A DNA stretch of 51,562 nt, taken from positions 1-51,562 of IMG/VR virus record IMGVR_UViG_3300021082_000031; one strand, written 5' to 3'. The position numbers were made by a program, and so were the translations under genes. The stretch comes from a virus (Duplodnaviria > Caudoviricetes). Below the pieces are notes generated by a model, which was given only the letters and a program-made list of their open reading frames with translations, ran no database searches and was not told the DNA's origin. Below, piece by piece: positions 23,854-33,635 of this stretch. The first letter of the stretch is position 1. Every line of letters starts with the position of its first letter.

Positions 23854-26800
23854 TGGTCCTCGAACTGCGCGTCGAACTCCGCGCGCCGCGCCAGGGGGGT
23901 CAGCCGCCGGGCCCGTTCCCGCGGCGACAGCCGCCGGCCCGCCTCGTAGGCCTTCCGCTGCCGACTGGAGAGCGCCTCGAGCGCCGTCCGTGCGCCCTCG
24001 GTGTCGCCACGGGCGAGCGCCACGCCGGCACGGCGCCGACGTCTGCGCGACAGAATGCTCTCTTCGCGCTTGGCCTCCTGGGAGAACTCGTACATCTCGC
24101 TTTCCTGTTTGCGCGTGGCCTCGCGCGCCGTCGTCTCGATGCCCAGCAGCGACAGGAGATCCTCTTCGGCGCTGATGTCGCGGAGTACCTCGCCCTTGCG
24201 GCCGATGATCTGGTGCGTGCCGCCCTGCTCAGCGGTGCGCTGGAGGACACTGCCGGCCTTGCTGATGTAGCGCGGCAGGACGCGATCCTCGGTGCCGCCG
24301 GGCTCGAAGTGCTCCTCGAAGTCGTGCTCCGCGGCGCCGAAGCCGTGCTCGAGGACGTCGTAGGCGGCCGAGGGTCCCGGCAGGCCGCCCATGCGCGGCC
24401 AGAAGAAGTTCATCCACTCGATGCCACTGATCGCACTGGCGGCATAGATGCCGGTCGCCATCGCCAGGAACCGCATCTTCACGCGCGGGTCGGGGTGCCG
24501 GGCCACGTCCTCGAGCATGGACGCCCACACGAACGGGTACTTGGTAAAGACCTTGAGTGGGCCCCAATGCCGGTGGAAGGGGTTGTTGCCGAGGTCGCCC
24601 GCGATGCCCTGCGTCTGCCCGACCAGTTGCCGCGCGAAGTCGTCGGCCGCTTCCGGCGACAGCCCGTGCTTCTTCGCGTAGTGCTGCGCGCCGGCCCACG
24701 TCGCCCGCCGGTTGGCCGAGTCGGACCACCGCATCGGCGTCTGCGAATACTCGAGGTACTTCTCGACCCACGGGTGAAACTGCGCCTCGACGGCCGAGTC
24801 GTGCCCCATCTGCCGCCGCGCCAGGTCGAGGAACTTGAGCTCCTGGCGGCCCTCTTTCGAGTAGGCCTTGATGATGCCCGCGACCGTGCTCTCGACCCCG
24901 ATCTGCGGGATGTTCATCAACGCCTGCGTCATGTTCGCCAAGCCCGAGTCGATGCCCCAGCCGAGGAGCTGGTGGTAGATGGCATTGGTGACGATGGCGT
25001 TGCCCTGCTGGACCTGTTTGCGCGTGATCTTGCCGCTCGTGAGGTCGCGGATTTGGTCCTCGATCCACGTCGGCTTGTTGGTCAACTCGTTCTTCAGTTC
25101 CTCGACGTACTTCAGCCGGCGATGATGCCCGAGGTCACGCGATCGCTGGCCCTCGGCGTCGAGGTGGGCGAGCGCCTCGTCGACCTTCTGCCGCCGCGCG
25201 AGGCGCCGCTGGAACGGCGTCATCGTCTCCTTGCCCTCGAGGTCGTAGAGGTCCCGCATGATCGGCTCGATGTGCTTCCACACGTCGGGGATCACCTTGT
25301 CGGGGGACCAGAACTTCATCGCGACCCCGCCGATGTCCTTCATCCGGTCGGGCGCCTGCCGCACTTGCGGGATCGGCTTGTACGTGCCGTTGACGATCAA
25401 GCGGCCCGTGTTGATGGTGTCGGTGAGGTGCTTGGTCAGCGTCGGCGCGGCCTTGATGGCGGCCTTGCTGAACTGCCACGCGCCTTTCGAGGCGTAGCCG
25501 GCCGCGGCGCCGATGAGAATGTTGTCGAGGAGGTTCTCGTCGTCCTCGCCGGCCGTCATGGCGCCCAGCAGGCCGCCGCCGGCCGTGCGCAACGCGGTCA
25601 GCACCGCGCCGGGGTTGCGCTTGTACGTGGCCTCGAGCGCCGGCAAGCCGTCGTTGGCATCGCCCAGGTCCAGCGGGAGACTGCCGCGCTCGTCGCCCAG
25701 CTTCTTCATCAGGCGCCGCGCACTGGCGACGACCGCCTTGGCCTTGTCGTCGATGGTGGCGTTGACGTTGTCGGTCGCGGTGGCTTCCTTGCGGCCCGCG
25801 TCTACGGCTCGGTCGTCGAAGAGTCCTCCAGCCGGATCGGCTTCGCTCCACTCGTCCGCGGTGCCGCTCCCGCCTTCGTCGCCGCCGAAGAGGCTCGGGC
25901 CTTCTTCGCCGCCTGCGCCCGGTCCCTCTCCTCCAGTTGGTCCAGCACCCGGTCCACCGGGCCCTGGCCCGCCGCGGACATCGGCTTCAAGGGCTTCCGC
26001 CACCCGGTCGGCCGCTTTGCCGAGGCTGAGACTTCCGGCTTGGTGCTCATCGAAGGCCTCCTTGAGTGCCCGCATCGTGTGCGAGCCCTGCGCGTTGACG
26101 AACTTGTCGAAGAGTTCCTCGGCCCGTCGCGCCTCGTAGCCGATCTTCGCCATCGCCGCTTTGTCGATCTTCGTGTCGCCGGCTGTCTGCAACACCTCGG
26201 CGTTCTTCGCGCCCCCGCCGAACGTGCGACGGTTCTTCTTGAACACCGAGAGGATCGACTGCTCGAACTTGACCATCGCTTCGGCGTTGGCCGTGCGCGT
26301 CAGCTTGCCGAAGATGTCGCCTTGGGTTTCCTCCGTGAGTTGCGCGGCCCCCTTCGCCAAGAGGCTCTTGGCCGCGCTGATATTGGGGAGGTCGCGGTTG
26401 CGCCCCAACAGGTCGAGCAAGGCTTCTTGCAGTTCGGCGCCCTTGTACTGGCTCACTAGGCGCGCGAACTTTGGGTCGAGCTCCTCCATGTCCAACAGGT
26501 GTGCGAACGCGGCGTCCTCGAGCGCCGCGAGGTCGCGACCCTGCCGGAACTTCTCGCCGCTGTCGGCTTCGATCTTCCCGACCCGTCGCTGCTCAGAGGG
26601 CGTGAACTCGCCACTGCGCAGCACCCGCGCGATGTCGACGGGGTCGGTGGTGCCGCTGACCAAGTTGCGCATGGCGCCGCCGCGGCGCGCGTCGGCCACG
26701 GTGACGCCTGCGGCCTCATCCCACACGACGGCGTAGAGGTCGGGCACCTCCTTGCCTTGGGCCAAGAGGTCTTGCGCCAGGCCGACGCGCTGATGCCCGT

Positions 26801-29800
26801 CGACCACGTAGTAGGAACCGTCGAGGCGCTTGTGCAGGATGACGCGCTCGGCCATGCCTGAGTCGACGTCCCACTCTTCGACACCCTTGAGCTTCGACGT
26901 GCGGCCGCGCTCGTCCGTGCCGCCCTTGAACTGGTAGGCGTCGGGGTCGATCTTGATCTTGTCGGCCGCGATCCGAATCTCTGTGCGCCCTGGCGGGTTG
27001 GTCGAGGGCGTGCTACTCGGGCTTGCGACGTTTGCGGAGGGCCCCGAGGGCGCCCCCGCCTGCGGAGGGTTTGCCGGCGGCACCCCCGGCCCGCTGGGTC
27101 CAGCCGGTGCGTGCCAGGACCGATTGTTCCCGACCTTGCCTTGCGTCCAACCGAGGCTCCGCAACACCGCGCGCCGCTGTTCGCGCACCGCGGGGTCGGG
27201 GTCGAGTGGCCGGTCGAGTAGCGTCGTCTCGCCGGCTGGCGGCGCCCACTCGCCGGGCGCTTTCGCCGTCGGCGCCGACCCGGCCGCCTTGCGCGTCGCC
27301 TTCGGCGCGGCGGGCTTGTCCTGCAACGGCGGCGGGTCCTCGCCGCGGAGGATGGCCGCGAGCGTCTCCTTGACGTCGTCGGTCGTGTACGTGCTGCCCT
27401 CGGGGACGTCTTTCTTCCAGCGCGGATCTTTGGCCCCCTTCGCCCAAGACGCCTTGAAGCCGTGCTTGGTGAGCACCTCGCGGATCGCCTTGGACGGGGA
27501 CCGCTCGAACGTCGCGCCGACGGAGGGCAGACCGTTGAACGTGCCGACGTCCACGACGGGCGGGCGCGTCGGCCCGTGCTCCGCGCCAGCGGCCGGCGTC
27601 TCGGGCGCGGCGGGCTCTGCGGGCTCCACTGGCTCGGGCGGCGGTGGGGGCTCGCCTGCGGCCTTGGCCTTGGCGGCGGCGGCCTCCCGGCGGGCTGTGG
27701 CGGCGGCGGAACGGGCCTCGGCCTCGGCTTTCTTGGCGGCCACTTCGTCGGCCTTGGCTTTGGCCTTGGCTTCCCGCGCTACGCGCTCGTTGTCGCGGAT
27801 GCTGGCGAGGTCCTTGTTCCACTTCTTCGGCGTCTTGCCGCCGTTGTTCTTCACGACCTGATAGGTGCCGTCGGCCTTGCGGATGACGAGGTTCTTGTTG
27901 GCCGCCGGATCGTGGCTGCGCCAGTCGTCGCCCAACGGCGTGAACTTGCCGGCCTGGTTGATGGTGCCGGGGGTGTCGCCCTCGGCGAGCGTGATGCCCT
28001 CGGCTTCGGGGAGGTTGGCTTTCGTCTCGGGCGCGGGCGCTTTCGTCTCGGGTGCGGCGGTCGGCGTCTCGGGCGTCGGCGTGACGAGCGCGTCGGCTTC
28101 ATCCGCAATGGCCGCCTGCGCCGTGACGCGGCCCTCCTGTCGCAGTTGCCCGCGCGCCCGCTGCTCGGCGAGGTCGGCGGCGCGCGTCATAATCCGCTCG
28201 GCGACGTCGTCACCCAGCGTCGACAGTGCTTCTTCCAGCCACTCGTCCGCGGCCTCGGGGTCGGCGGCCATCCGCTCGGCGATCTGTTCAGCGATGAATT
28301 GTTCCCCCTGCTGCGGCGTCAGGCCGCGCTCGCGGACCTGACCCACGAGCTTGCGGACCCACATATGCTCCTGCCGGATGGCGGCATTGGCTTTGGCGTC
28401 AAAGTCCTGCGGGTTCAGCGCGGCGGCGGTGGCCGCGGCCGATCCTGGCGGGTGCTCACGCAGCACCGTTCGGATCAACTCGATGTCGGCGTCATGCCCG
28501 CGACCCTGAAGGAAGAAGTACGCGAGGCGCTCGCGCTCGCCCTCCAAGGTGTCGGCCCGCCCCTCAAGGGGGGTGGCGCTTGCCATGTTGTCGGCCGCCG
28601 CCTCGTCCACGTCACGGAGGAGCGCGAGCAAATCGCTTCGCTGGTCGCCCGGCGTGATGAGCGTGTCGGCTTCGTCGGGTGTGGTCGGCTTCGCCTGCGG
28701 CGTCGTGACGAGGTCCTCGGGCGTGCCGGAACGTACCTCGGGCACGGGCGTGCCCAACCCCTCGATCTTGCCCTTGCTGTTGTACTGGTCCAACAGCTTC
28801 GAGATTTGCGCCGGGTCGTTGTTGGCGAGCTTGCGAATCCGCGCGAAGAACGTCGCGGCGTCGGCCTCGCTGACGCTGCCAGATTCCCCGCGCGCCTTGA
28901 GGATCGAGTCGAAGCGGTCGGACTGGCTCGAGACGGTCAGTGCCCACTTCGTGACCGGGATCTTGACCCCCGTGGTGGCGGGCGGGGTCGGGTTGAGCAA
29001 CTCGTCAATCTCGTCGCGCGCCACCTTCGCGTCGTGGGCCGCCTTGGTGTCGCCCGCGGCCTCGGCGGCGTCCATAGGCGCCACGGCAGGCGGGGGCTCA
29101 CCCTCGGCCTTGGGCTGCTGCCCGGCCTCCCACGCGGCTTTCTGCTCGGGCGAGGCGAACTGATCGAAGCCCGCCTGGTCGCGCATGGTGCGGTTCAGTA
29201 TCCGCGCCTGCTCGTCCCCGAACGGGACAAACGAGTTGAGGGGCGTCCCGTCGGGCCCGATCTCGGTGAGCGTGACGCCGTCGTGCCCGGCCTCCTGCAT
29301 CTTGCGCACGTAGGCCTCGGCGCCGCCCGCCGCGTCAATCTCTGCGGCCAGCTTCTCGCGCGTGCCGACGTGGTAGGGGTTCTCGAGCGTGACCGCGGCG
29401 TCGTAGTCGATGGGCCCGAAGTGCGCCGTGTCGCTATCGGTGAACCAGTGGCCGATGTCGTTGCGGCCAGCACTCGCGCCCGCCTCGCGGCTGAACGTGT
29501 CGAACGGCCGGTACGACGAATGCCGCAGCCGGCGCTCGCCGGGCTTGAGGTCCACGGGGCCGCGCGGCGCGACGGTGCCCCCGCCAGTGGCGGCGGCGTC
29601 CTGCTCGTCGGCCTGGCGCAGCATCGCTTCGATGTCGTCCTCGGGCGCGGCGCCGCCCTGCGCGGCGTCGAGGTCGCGGGCGAGCGGGCCTTCGCCCAGG
29701 CCCTCGGCCGGCGCGGCGCGTCCCTGGCGCGCTTCGATGTCGGCGACGGCCATGTACGCCGACAGTTCGCCCGACTGCTGCAACCGGGCGAGTTCGCGGA

Positions 29801-31826
29801 AGGCGTCGGCGCCGTGCTCACGCTGGAGCTTCGCCATCGTGTTGCCGAGGCGGATCGTCGGGTCGGTCGTCGGATCGACCGTGCGACCCCCGCCGCCCTC
29901 GCCACTCGGCGCCACGGGCTCGGGGGGACCGCCGCCTGGTGGGACACCGCCGCCCTCGCCACCACCACCGGGCGGCAGGCCGCCGCCGTCGCCGCCTGCG
30001 CGCGTGGGCACCCACTGCGTGCCGGTCCACATCATCTCGCGGCCCATGACGTTGACCGTCTCGCCGGGCTGCGGGATGCCCGCGCGCCGTTCCTCGCCGA
30101 CCTGGCCGAGTAGCTCGCGCATCAGCGGGTCCTCGTCGGCCGCGCCCGTCGTGATCTGCGAGGGCGGGAACTCGGGCGGCGTGAACTCGTCGCCGGGCAG
30201 GGGCTCGGCCGCCGCCGCCTCTGGTGGCTGTGTGAGGCCGGTGGAGGATTCCACCTCCGGTGCCGGTCGACGGCCGAGAACCATCTGGTCGGGCCCTGGT
30301 TGCGGCTTCCGCATCGGCGGCGCCACGGCGGCGGCCAAGTCGGGGAACGCCTCATAGAAGCGGTCCACGGGCAACGTGAACGGGTCCTTGGTGCCTTGGA
30401 ACCGGATCGTGACGGTCGTGCCGTCCGACGACACCTTGAGCGGGGCACCGAAGTTGCCGCCCGCGAGGTTGAGTTGCTTGGCGACCTTCAGCGGCACGTC
30501 CACGCTGAACGGGCCGGGCCCGCCCGCGGTGAGCGGTGGGCCGGGCTCGAAGCTGACGTCGGTCTGCGGGCCCTGCTCGAGCGCCATCCGCTGCACGTCG
30601 GCCTGCATCGGGTCCGCTTGGCCCAGCAGTTCCTCGAGCGTCGGGTAGGCCGGCGGCGGCGTGAAGGGCTCGGCGCCCTCGGCCACGGGACTCCCGGCCG
30701 GGTAGCGGCCGGCGGGCAGTTCGGGCGGGCCCACGGGGGGCTCGGGTCCGTACATCGGGAACGGGCCTTCGGGCGGGGGCTGCGCGAGCGGGTACGGGCC
30801 CACAGGCGGTGGCTGCGTCAGCGGGTTCGGTGCCGTCGGCGGGACGTTCTCGTAGGCGTTGATGCCGGGCGCGGGATGCCGCGAGCGCGGCGCCGGGCCG
30901 CGGATCGTGCCGCCGTTGGGCTGACGGTTGATGTTGTCGCCCATGTTGGCCTGGTTGCGCTGCCACGACTCCATCTCGCGCTCGGCCCAATACGGCGTCT
31001 TTTCGGGCGGCTGCGCGGCCTTGAAAGCGTCGATCTGCTGACGGAGCACCGTGTCGGCTTCGCCCTTGAGCCGCTGGCTGCGCGCCGCGAGCGCCGGCAC
31101 CGCGCCGACCGCCGCGCCGGCTGCGCCACCGATGCCGGTCCCCAGGCCGAGGTCCAGCGCCACGCCAGTCGGGTCCCACGGGTCGCCACCCTCGATGCCG
31201 CGTGTCACCGCGCCCTGTGCGACGTTGAGCGCGCCGCCTTCGGCCGCACCCGCGGCACCAGTCACCGCGGCCGGCGCCAGCCACTCGCCGGCCGTGTCGA
31301 CAAGCCGCTTCGCCAGGCTGGTCCCCGTGCGCTCGGCGAGCTTGGACAAGGGGCCGACGTAGTTGTTGAGCCCGCCGAACGCGGTCGCGATACCCAGCCG
31401 CGCGCCCAGCTTGCCGATGTCCTGCCCGATGCCGGCACCGGGCGGCATCGTCTTGCCGTCGAGGTACGCAATGGACTCGAGGCCACTCGCAATCGCCTCG
31501 CCCCCGAACCCGGCCAGCGGGCCGCCGAAGCTGCTCGCGATGCGGATCGGCGTGGCGGCACTGTCGGCCAGCGCGCCGATGACGCCGACGTTCCGGTTCG
31601 GCTGCAACCGCTGCGCGTCCTCGAACGCGGCGGTGCGGGCCTGCGAGGCCTCGAGTTCGGCGAGCGTGCGGTTGGTGCGCTCGGGGTCGGCCGGCAGGCC
31701 GCCCGCGAACTCCTTGGTTTCCGCGAGCAGTTCATCCACGTCCCAAATGTCCTGGGGCTTCTGCGCGAGCTTGCGCTGGCGTAGGGCATCGAGAACCGGG
31801 GTGGTCGAGACGTAGGGTCGCGGCAT
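23850..31826 (-). CDS. Giant internal virion/ejection polyvalent protein (ART-like and ParB-like domains)
   Basis: 2658 aa; Gly/Ala-rich membrane-like N-terminus; RH..FDTF..GHWFT..LENPY..GHDGV; IDPDAYQFK..YVVDGHQR; helical C-terminus. Confidence 0.85.
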   Translation of the reverse strand: MPRPYVSTTPVLDALRQRKLAQKPQDIWDVDELLAETKEFAGGLPADPERTNRTLAELEASQARTAAFEDAQRLQPNRNVGVIGALADSAATPIRIASSFGGPLAGFGGEAIASGLESIAYLDGKTMPPGAGIGQDIGKLGARLGIATAFGGLNNYVGPLSKLAERTGTSLAKRLVDTAGEWLAPAAVTGAAGAAEGGALNVAQGAVTRGIEGGDPWDPTGVALDLGLGTGIGGAAGAAVGAVPALAARSQRLKGEADTVLRQQIDAFKAAQPPEKTPYWAEREMESWQRNQANMGDNINRQPNGGTIRGPAPRSRHPAPGINAYENVPPTAPNPLTQPPPVGPYPLAQPPPEGPFPMYGPEPPVGPPELPAGRYPAGSPVAEGAEPFTPPPAYPTLEELLGQADPMQADVQRMALEQGPQTDVSFEPGPPLTAGGPGPFSVDVPLKVAKQLNLAGGNFGAPLKVSSDGTTVTIRFQGTKDPFTLPVDRFYEAFPDLAAAVAPPMRKPQPGPDQMVLGRRPAPEVESSTGLTQPPEAAAAEPLPGDEFTPPEFPPSQITTGAADEDPLMRELLGQVGEERRAGIPQPGETVNVMGREMMWTGTQWVPTRAGGDGGGLPPGGGGEGGGVPPGGGPPEPVAPSGEGGGGRTVDPTTDPTIRLGNTMAKLQREHGADAFRELARLQQSGELSAYMAVADIEARQGRAAPAEGLGEGPLARDLDAAQGGAAPEDDIEAMLRQADEQDAAATGGGTVAPRGPVDLKPGERRLRHSSYRPFDTFSREAGASAGRNDIGHWFTDSDTAHFGPIDYDAAVTLENPYHVGTREKLAAEIDAAGGAEAYVRKMQEAGHDGVTLTEIGPDGTPLNSFVPFGDEQARILNRTMRDQAGFDQFASPEQKAAWEAGQQPKAEGEPPPAVAPMDAAEAAGDTKAAHDAKVARDEIDELLNPTPPATTGVKIPVTKWALTVSSQSDRFDSILKARGESGSVSEADAATFFARIRKLANNDPAQISKLLDQYNSKGKIEGLGTPVPEVRSGTPEDLVTTPQAKPTTPDEADTLITPGDQRSDLLALLRDVDEAAADNMASATPLEGRADTLEGERERLAYFFLQGRGHDADIELIRTVLREHPPGSAAATAAALNPQDFDAKANAAIRQEHMWVRKLVGQVRERGLTPQQGEQFIAEQIAERMAADPEAADEWLEEALSTLGDDVAERIMTRAADLAEQRARGQLRQEGRVTAQAAIADEADALVTPTPETPTAAPETKAPAPETKANLPEAEGITLAEGDTPGTINQAGKFTPLGDDWRSHDPAANKNLVIRKADGTYQVVKNNGGKTPKKWNKDLASIRDNERVAREAKAKAKADEVAAKKAEAEARSAAATARREAAAAKAKAAGEPPPPPEPVEPAEPAAPETPAAGAEHGPTRPPVVDVGTFNGLPSVGATFERSPSKAIREVLTKHGFKASWAKGAKDPRWKKDVPEGSTYTTDDVKETLAAILRGEDPPPLQDKPAAPKATRKAAGSAPTAKAPGEWAPPAGETTLLDRPLDPDPAVREQRRAVLRSLGWTQGKVGNNRSWHAPAGPSGPGVPPANPPQAGAPSGPSANVASPSSTPSTNPPGRTEIRIAADKIKIDPDAYQFKGGTDERGRTSKLKGVEEWDVDSGMAERVILHKRLDGSYYVVDGHQRVGLAQDLLAQGKEVPDLYAVVWDEAAGVTVADARRGGAMRNLVSGTTDPVDIARVLRSGEFTPSEQRRVGKIEADSGEKFRQGRDLAALEDAAFAHLLDMEELDPKFARLVSQYKGAELQEALLDLLGRNRDLPNISAAKSLLAKGAAQLTEETQGDIFGKLTRTANAEAMVKFEQSILSVFKKNRRTFGGGAKNAEVLQTAGDTKIDKAAMAKIGYEARRAEELFDKFVNAQGSHTMRALKEAFDEHQAGSLSLGKAADRVAEALEADVRGGPGPGGPGAGPTGGEGPGAGGEEGPSLFGGDEGGSGTADEWSEADPAGGLFDDRAVDAGRKEATATDNVNATIDDKAKAVVASARRLMKKLGDERGSLPLDLGDANDGLPALEATYKRNPGAVLTALRTAGGGLLGAMTAGEDDENLLDNILIGAAAGYASKGAWQFSKAAIKAAPTLTKHLTDTINTGRLIVNGTYKPIPQVRQAPDRMKDIGGVAMKFWSPDKVIPDVWKHIEPIMRDLYDLEGKETMTPFQRRLARRQKVDEALAHLDAEGQRSRDLGHHRRLKYVEELKNELTNKPTWIEDQIRDLTSGKITRKQVQQGNAIVTNAIYHQLLGWGIDSGLANMTQALMNIPQIGVESTVAGIIKAYSKEGRQELKFLDLARRQMGHDSAVEAQFHPWVEKYLEYSQTPMRWSDSANRRATWAGAQHYAKKHGLSPEAADDFARQLVGQTQGIAGDLGNNPFHRHWGPLKVFTKYPFVWASMLEDVARHPDPRVKMRFLAMATGIYAASAISGIEWMNFFWPRMGGLPGPSAAYDVLEHGFGAAEHDFEEHFEPGGTEDRVLPRYISKAGSVLQRTAEQGGTHQIIGRKGEVLRDISAEEDLLSLLGIETTAREATRKQESEMYEFSQEAKREESILSRRRRRRAGVALARGDTEGARTALEALSSRQRKAYEAGRRLSPRERARRLTPLARRAEFDAQFEDQ

Positions 31827-31835
31827 GGGGGTGCC

Positions 31836-32855
31836 TTACTCGATCATCTTGTGCTTACGCATAATGTTGGCGGCCAGGTCGGGCGTGATGCCCATCTGGT
31901 CGGCGAACGCCTTCACCTTGGCGAAGCGCACGGCCTCCCGCTGCCGCGCGGCCGGGTCGGCGCCGGCCTGACCCGTCGGGGGGCCGGGCTGCGCGGCGGC
32001 GTCGAGGGTGCCAGGCTCATTGGGGCGCTGTCCGAAGCCCAACCCCTCCGTGATGCGCGTAATGCCCTCGTCGTACCGCTTGCGCTGGTCGGCGGCCGGG
32101 TCTACCGCGGGCCGCGCCCCGCGCCACGACGCGGGCAAGAACGGGGTCGCCATCGCCAGGCCCGGCAGGAAGCGGTACGGGTCTTGGGCGGGCTTGATCG
32201 CCGGTAAGGCCGACCGCGCCGCCTGGAGCGCCTCGATCCCCCGGCCGCCGGATTCGAGCCGCTGCGAGGCTTCGTCGCTCGCCGCCTGGATGCGCTCGGC
32301 TTCGATCCGGGCCGCCGCCTCGAGTTGCGCCGCGCGCACGTCCGCGTCGGCGCCGTAGACGTCGGCCTCCGCGCGTGCGACCGCGCCCTGCTGCCCGGCG
32401 TTCGCCAGCGCCAATTTCTGCGCCTCTTCGTTGCGCCGGATGCGCGCCACGTCGGGGTCGTTGTAGACGTCCACCTTACCGCGCGTCTCGAGCGCCGACA
32501 CGGCGTTACCGCGCCGCTGCTGCTCGAGGGCGTCGGCCTCGGCGAGCGCGTAATCCATCTGGCGCTCTTCCTGCGCGAGCTCGAGGTTCTGCCCGATGCG
32601 GTTGGTGCGGTAGGTGCGGCCGGCGGCGTTCATCGCTTCACTGGCGGCCTCGCGGCCACTGCTGAAGCCGCGCTGCTGGATGGCGTTGAGGGCAGGGTCG
32701 CTGATGCTGTCGACCCGGTTGGTGAGCATCGGCGAGCCCCCGCCGCCGCCTTCGACGGCGATGCCGTACTCGTTGATGTCGACGGTGGGCCGCTTGCGCG
32801 CACGCAACGCGGCGATCCGGCTATTCCCCGCGCCGGTCGGGATGATTCCGTCCAT
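31836..32855 (-). CDS. Probable ejection (internal virion) protein
   Basis: Ala/Gln-rich helical protein; position before the giant gene. Confidence 0.65.
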   Translation of the reverse strand: MDGIIPTGAGNSRIAALRARKRPTVDINEYGIAVEGGGGGSPMLTNRVDSISDPALNAIQQRGFSSGREAASEAMNAAGRTYRTNRIGQNLELAQEERQMDYALAEADALEQQRRGNAVSALETRGKVDVYNDPDVARIRRNEEAQKLALANAGQQGAVARAEADVYGADADVRAAQLEAAARIEAERIQAASDEASQRLESGGRGIEALQAARSALPAIKPAQDPYRFLPGLAMATPFLPASWRGARPAVDPAADQRKRYDEGITRITEGLGFGQRPNEPGTLDAAAQPGPPTGQAGADPAARQREAVRFAKVKAFADQMGITPDLAANIMRKHKMIE

Positions 32856-33009
32856 CAGGTTTCTCCCTGTCCCAGCGGCGTTCGGCGCCGCGCCGCGCTT
32901 GCTCGCGGGCTTCCTCTGCGGTCCACTGTCGCGTCACCCCGAGGGCGTGCCCGATGCGACCCGCGTCAGCGGCTTTGCCGGGCAGCGTGAATCCGGGGCG
33001 CTTCGCCAT
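32821..33009 (-). CDS. Small KGG/stress-repeat-like protein
   Basis: GGAGGTGA SD; GRIGHALG..QWTAEEAREQARRG. Confidence 0.55.
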   Translation of the reverse strand: MAKRPGFTLPGKAADAGRIGHALGVTRQWTAEEAREQARRGAERRWDREKPDGRNHPDRRGE

Positions 33010-33010
33010 C

Positions 33011-33634
33011 TCACCTCCGCGCGGTCAACGCTCCCATAGCGGTCGGCGCGGCCGGCGCGACCGCCGACATCTGTGGCTGCGCCTGCTGCGCGAGCATCAT
33101 CTGCCGCTTCTGTTCGGCAAGCCACGCATCGCCTTCGGTCTGGATGCGCTGCTGTTCGCGGACACGGGCCGCTTCCGCCGCGGCGGCCTGCTGCGCCTTC
33201 GCCAGCGCGTCCCCCTTGCGCGCGTAGGACTGCGCACTCACGTCCTGGAGTTGGCGCCGGCCCTGTCCGGTCATTTCGGGCGCGGGCGGGGCGCCATAGT
33301 TGCCTTGGGTCTTGCCGCCACTCGCGGCGAGGTTCTTGAGCTTCATCGCGGTCTGCAACAACTGCACGTCGTTGCCGCCGCCGCGATTCAGCCAGCCCGG
33401 CGTCCCCGTGCCCGCGCTGATGGTGGGAATGCCGCCCATGCGGTTGTTCTGCTCGCGCTTCTTCTCGCGCTGATTCCACGCGGCTTTCGCGGCGGCGTTG
33501 TAGTCGCCACCCGCGTCCTCCGCGTAGCGTTGGACCATGCCCGCCGTGGGGTCGTCGTAGGCTTCGCCGAACTGCAAGGTATCGGCGCGACCCTGTAACG
33601 CCTGCAACGCACCGGGGAGGTTGAAGGCTGGCAT
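33011..33634 (-). CDS. Probable ejection protein
   Basis: Ala/Gln/Gly-rich; position in the module. Confidence 0.65.
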   Translation of the reverse strand: MPAFNLPGALQALQGRADTLQFGEAYDDPTAGMVQRYAEDAGGDYNAAAKAAWNQREKKREQNNRMGGIPTISAGTGTPGWLNRGGGNDVQLLQTAMKLKNLAASGGKTQGNYGAPPAPEMTGQGRRQLQDVSAQSYARKGDALAKAQQAAAAEAARVREQQRIQTEGDAWLAEQKRQMMLAQQAQPQMSAVAPAAPTAMGALTARR

Positions 33635-33635
33635 G

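Noticed and set aside
23850-31826. Tape measure protein or virion RNA polymerase call for the giant ORF
   Set aside because: No tail tube or chaperone genes and no polymerase catalytic motifs recognised; context fits an ejection protein
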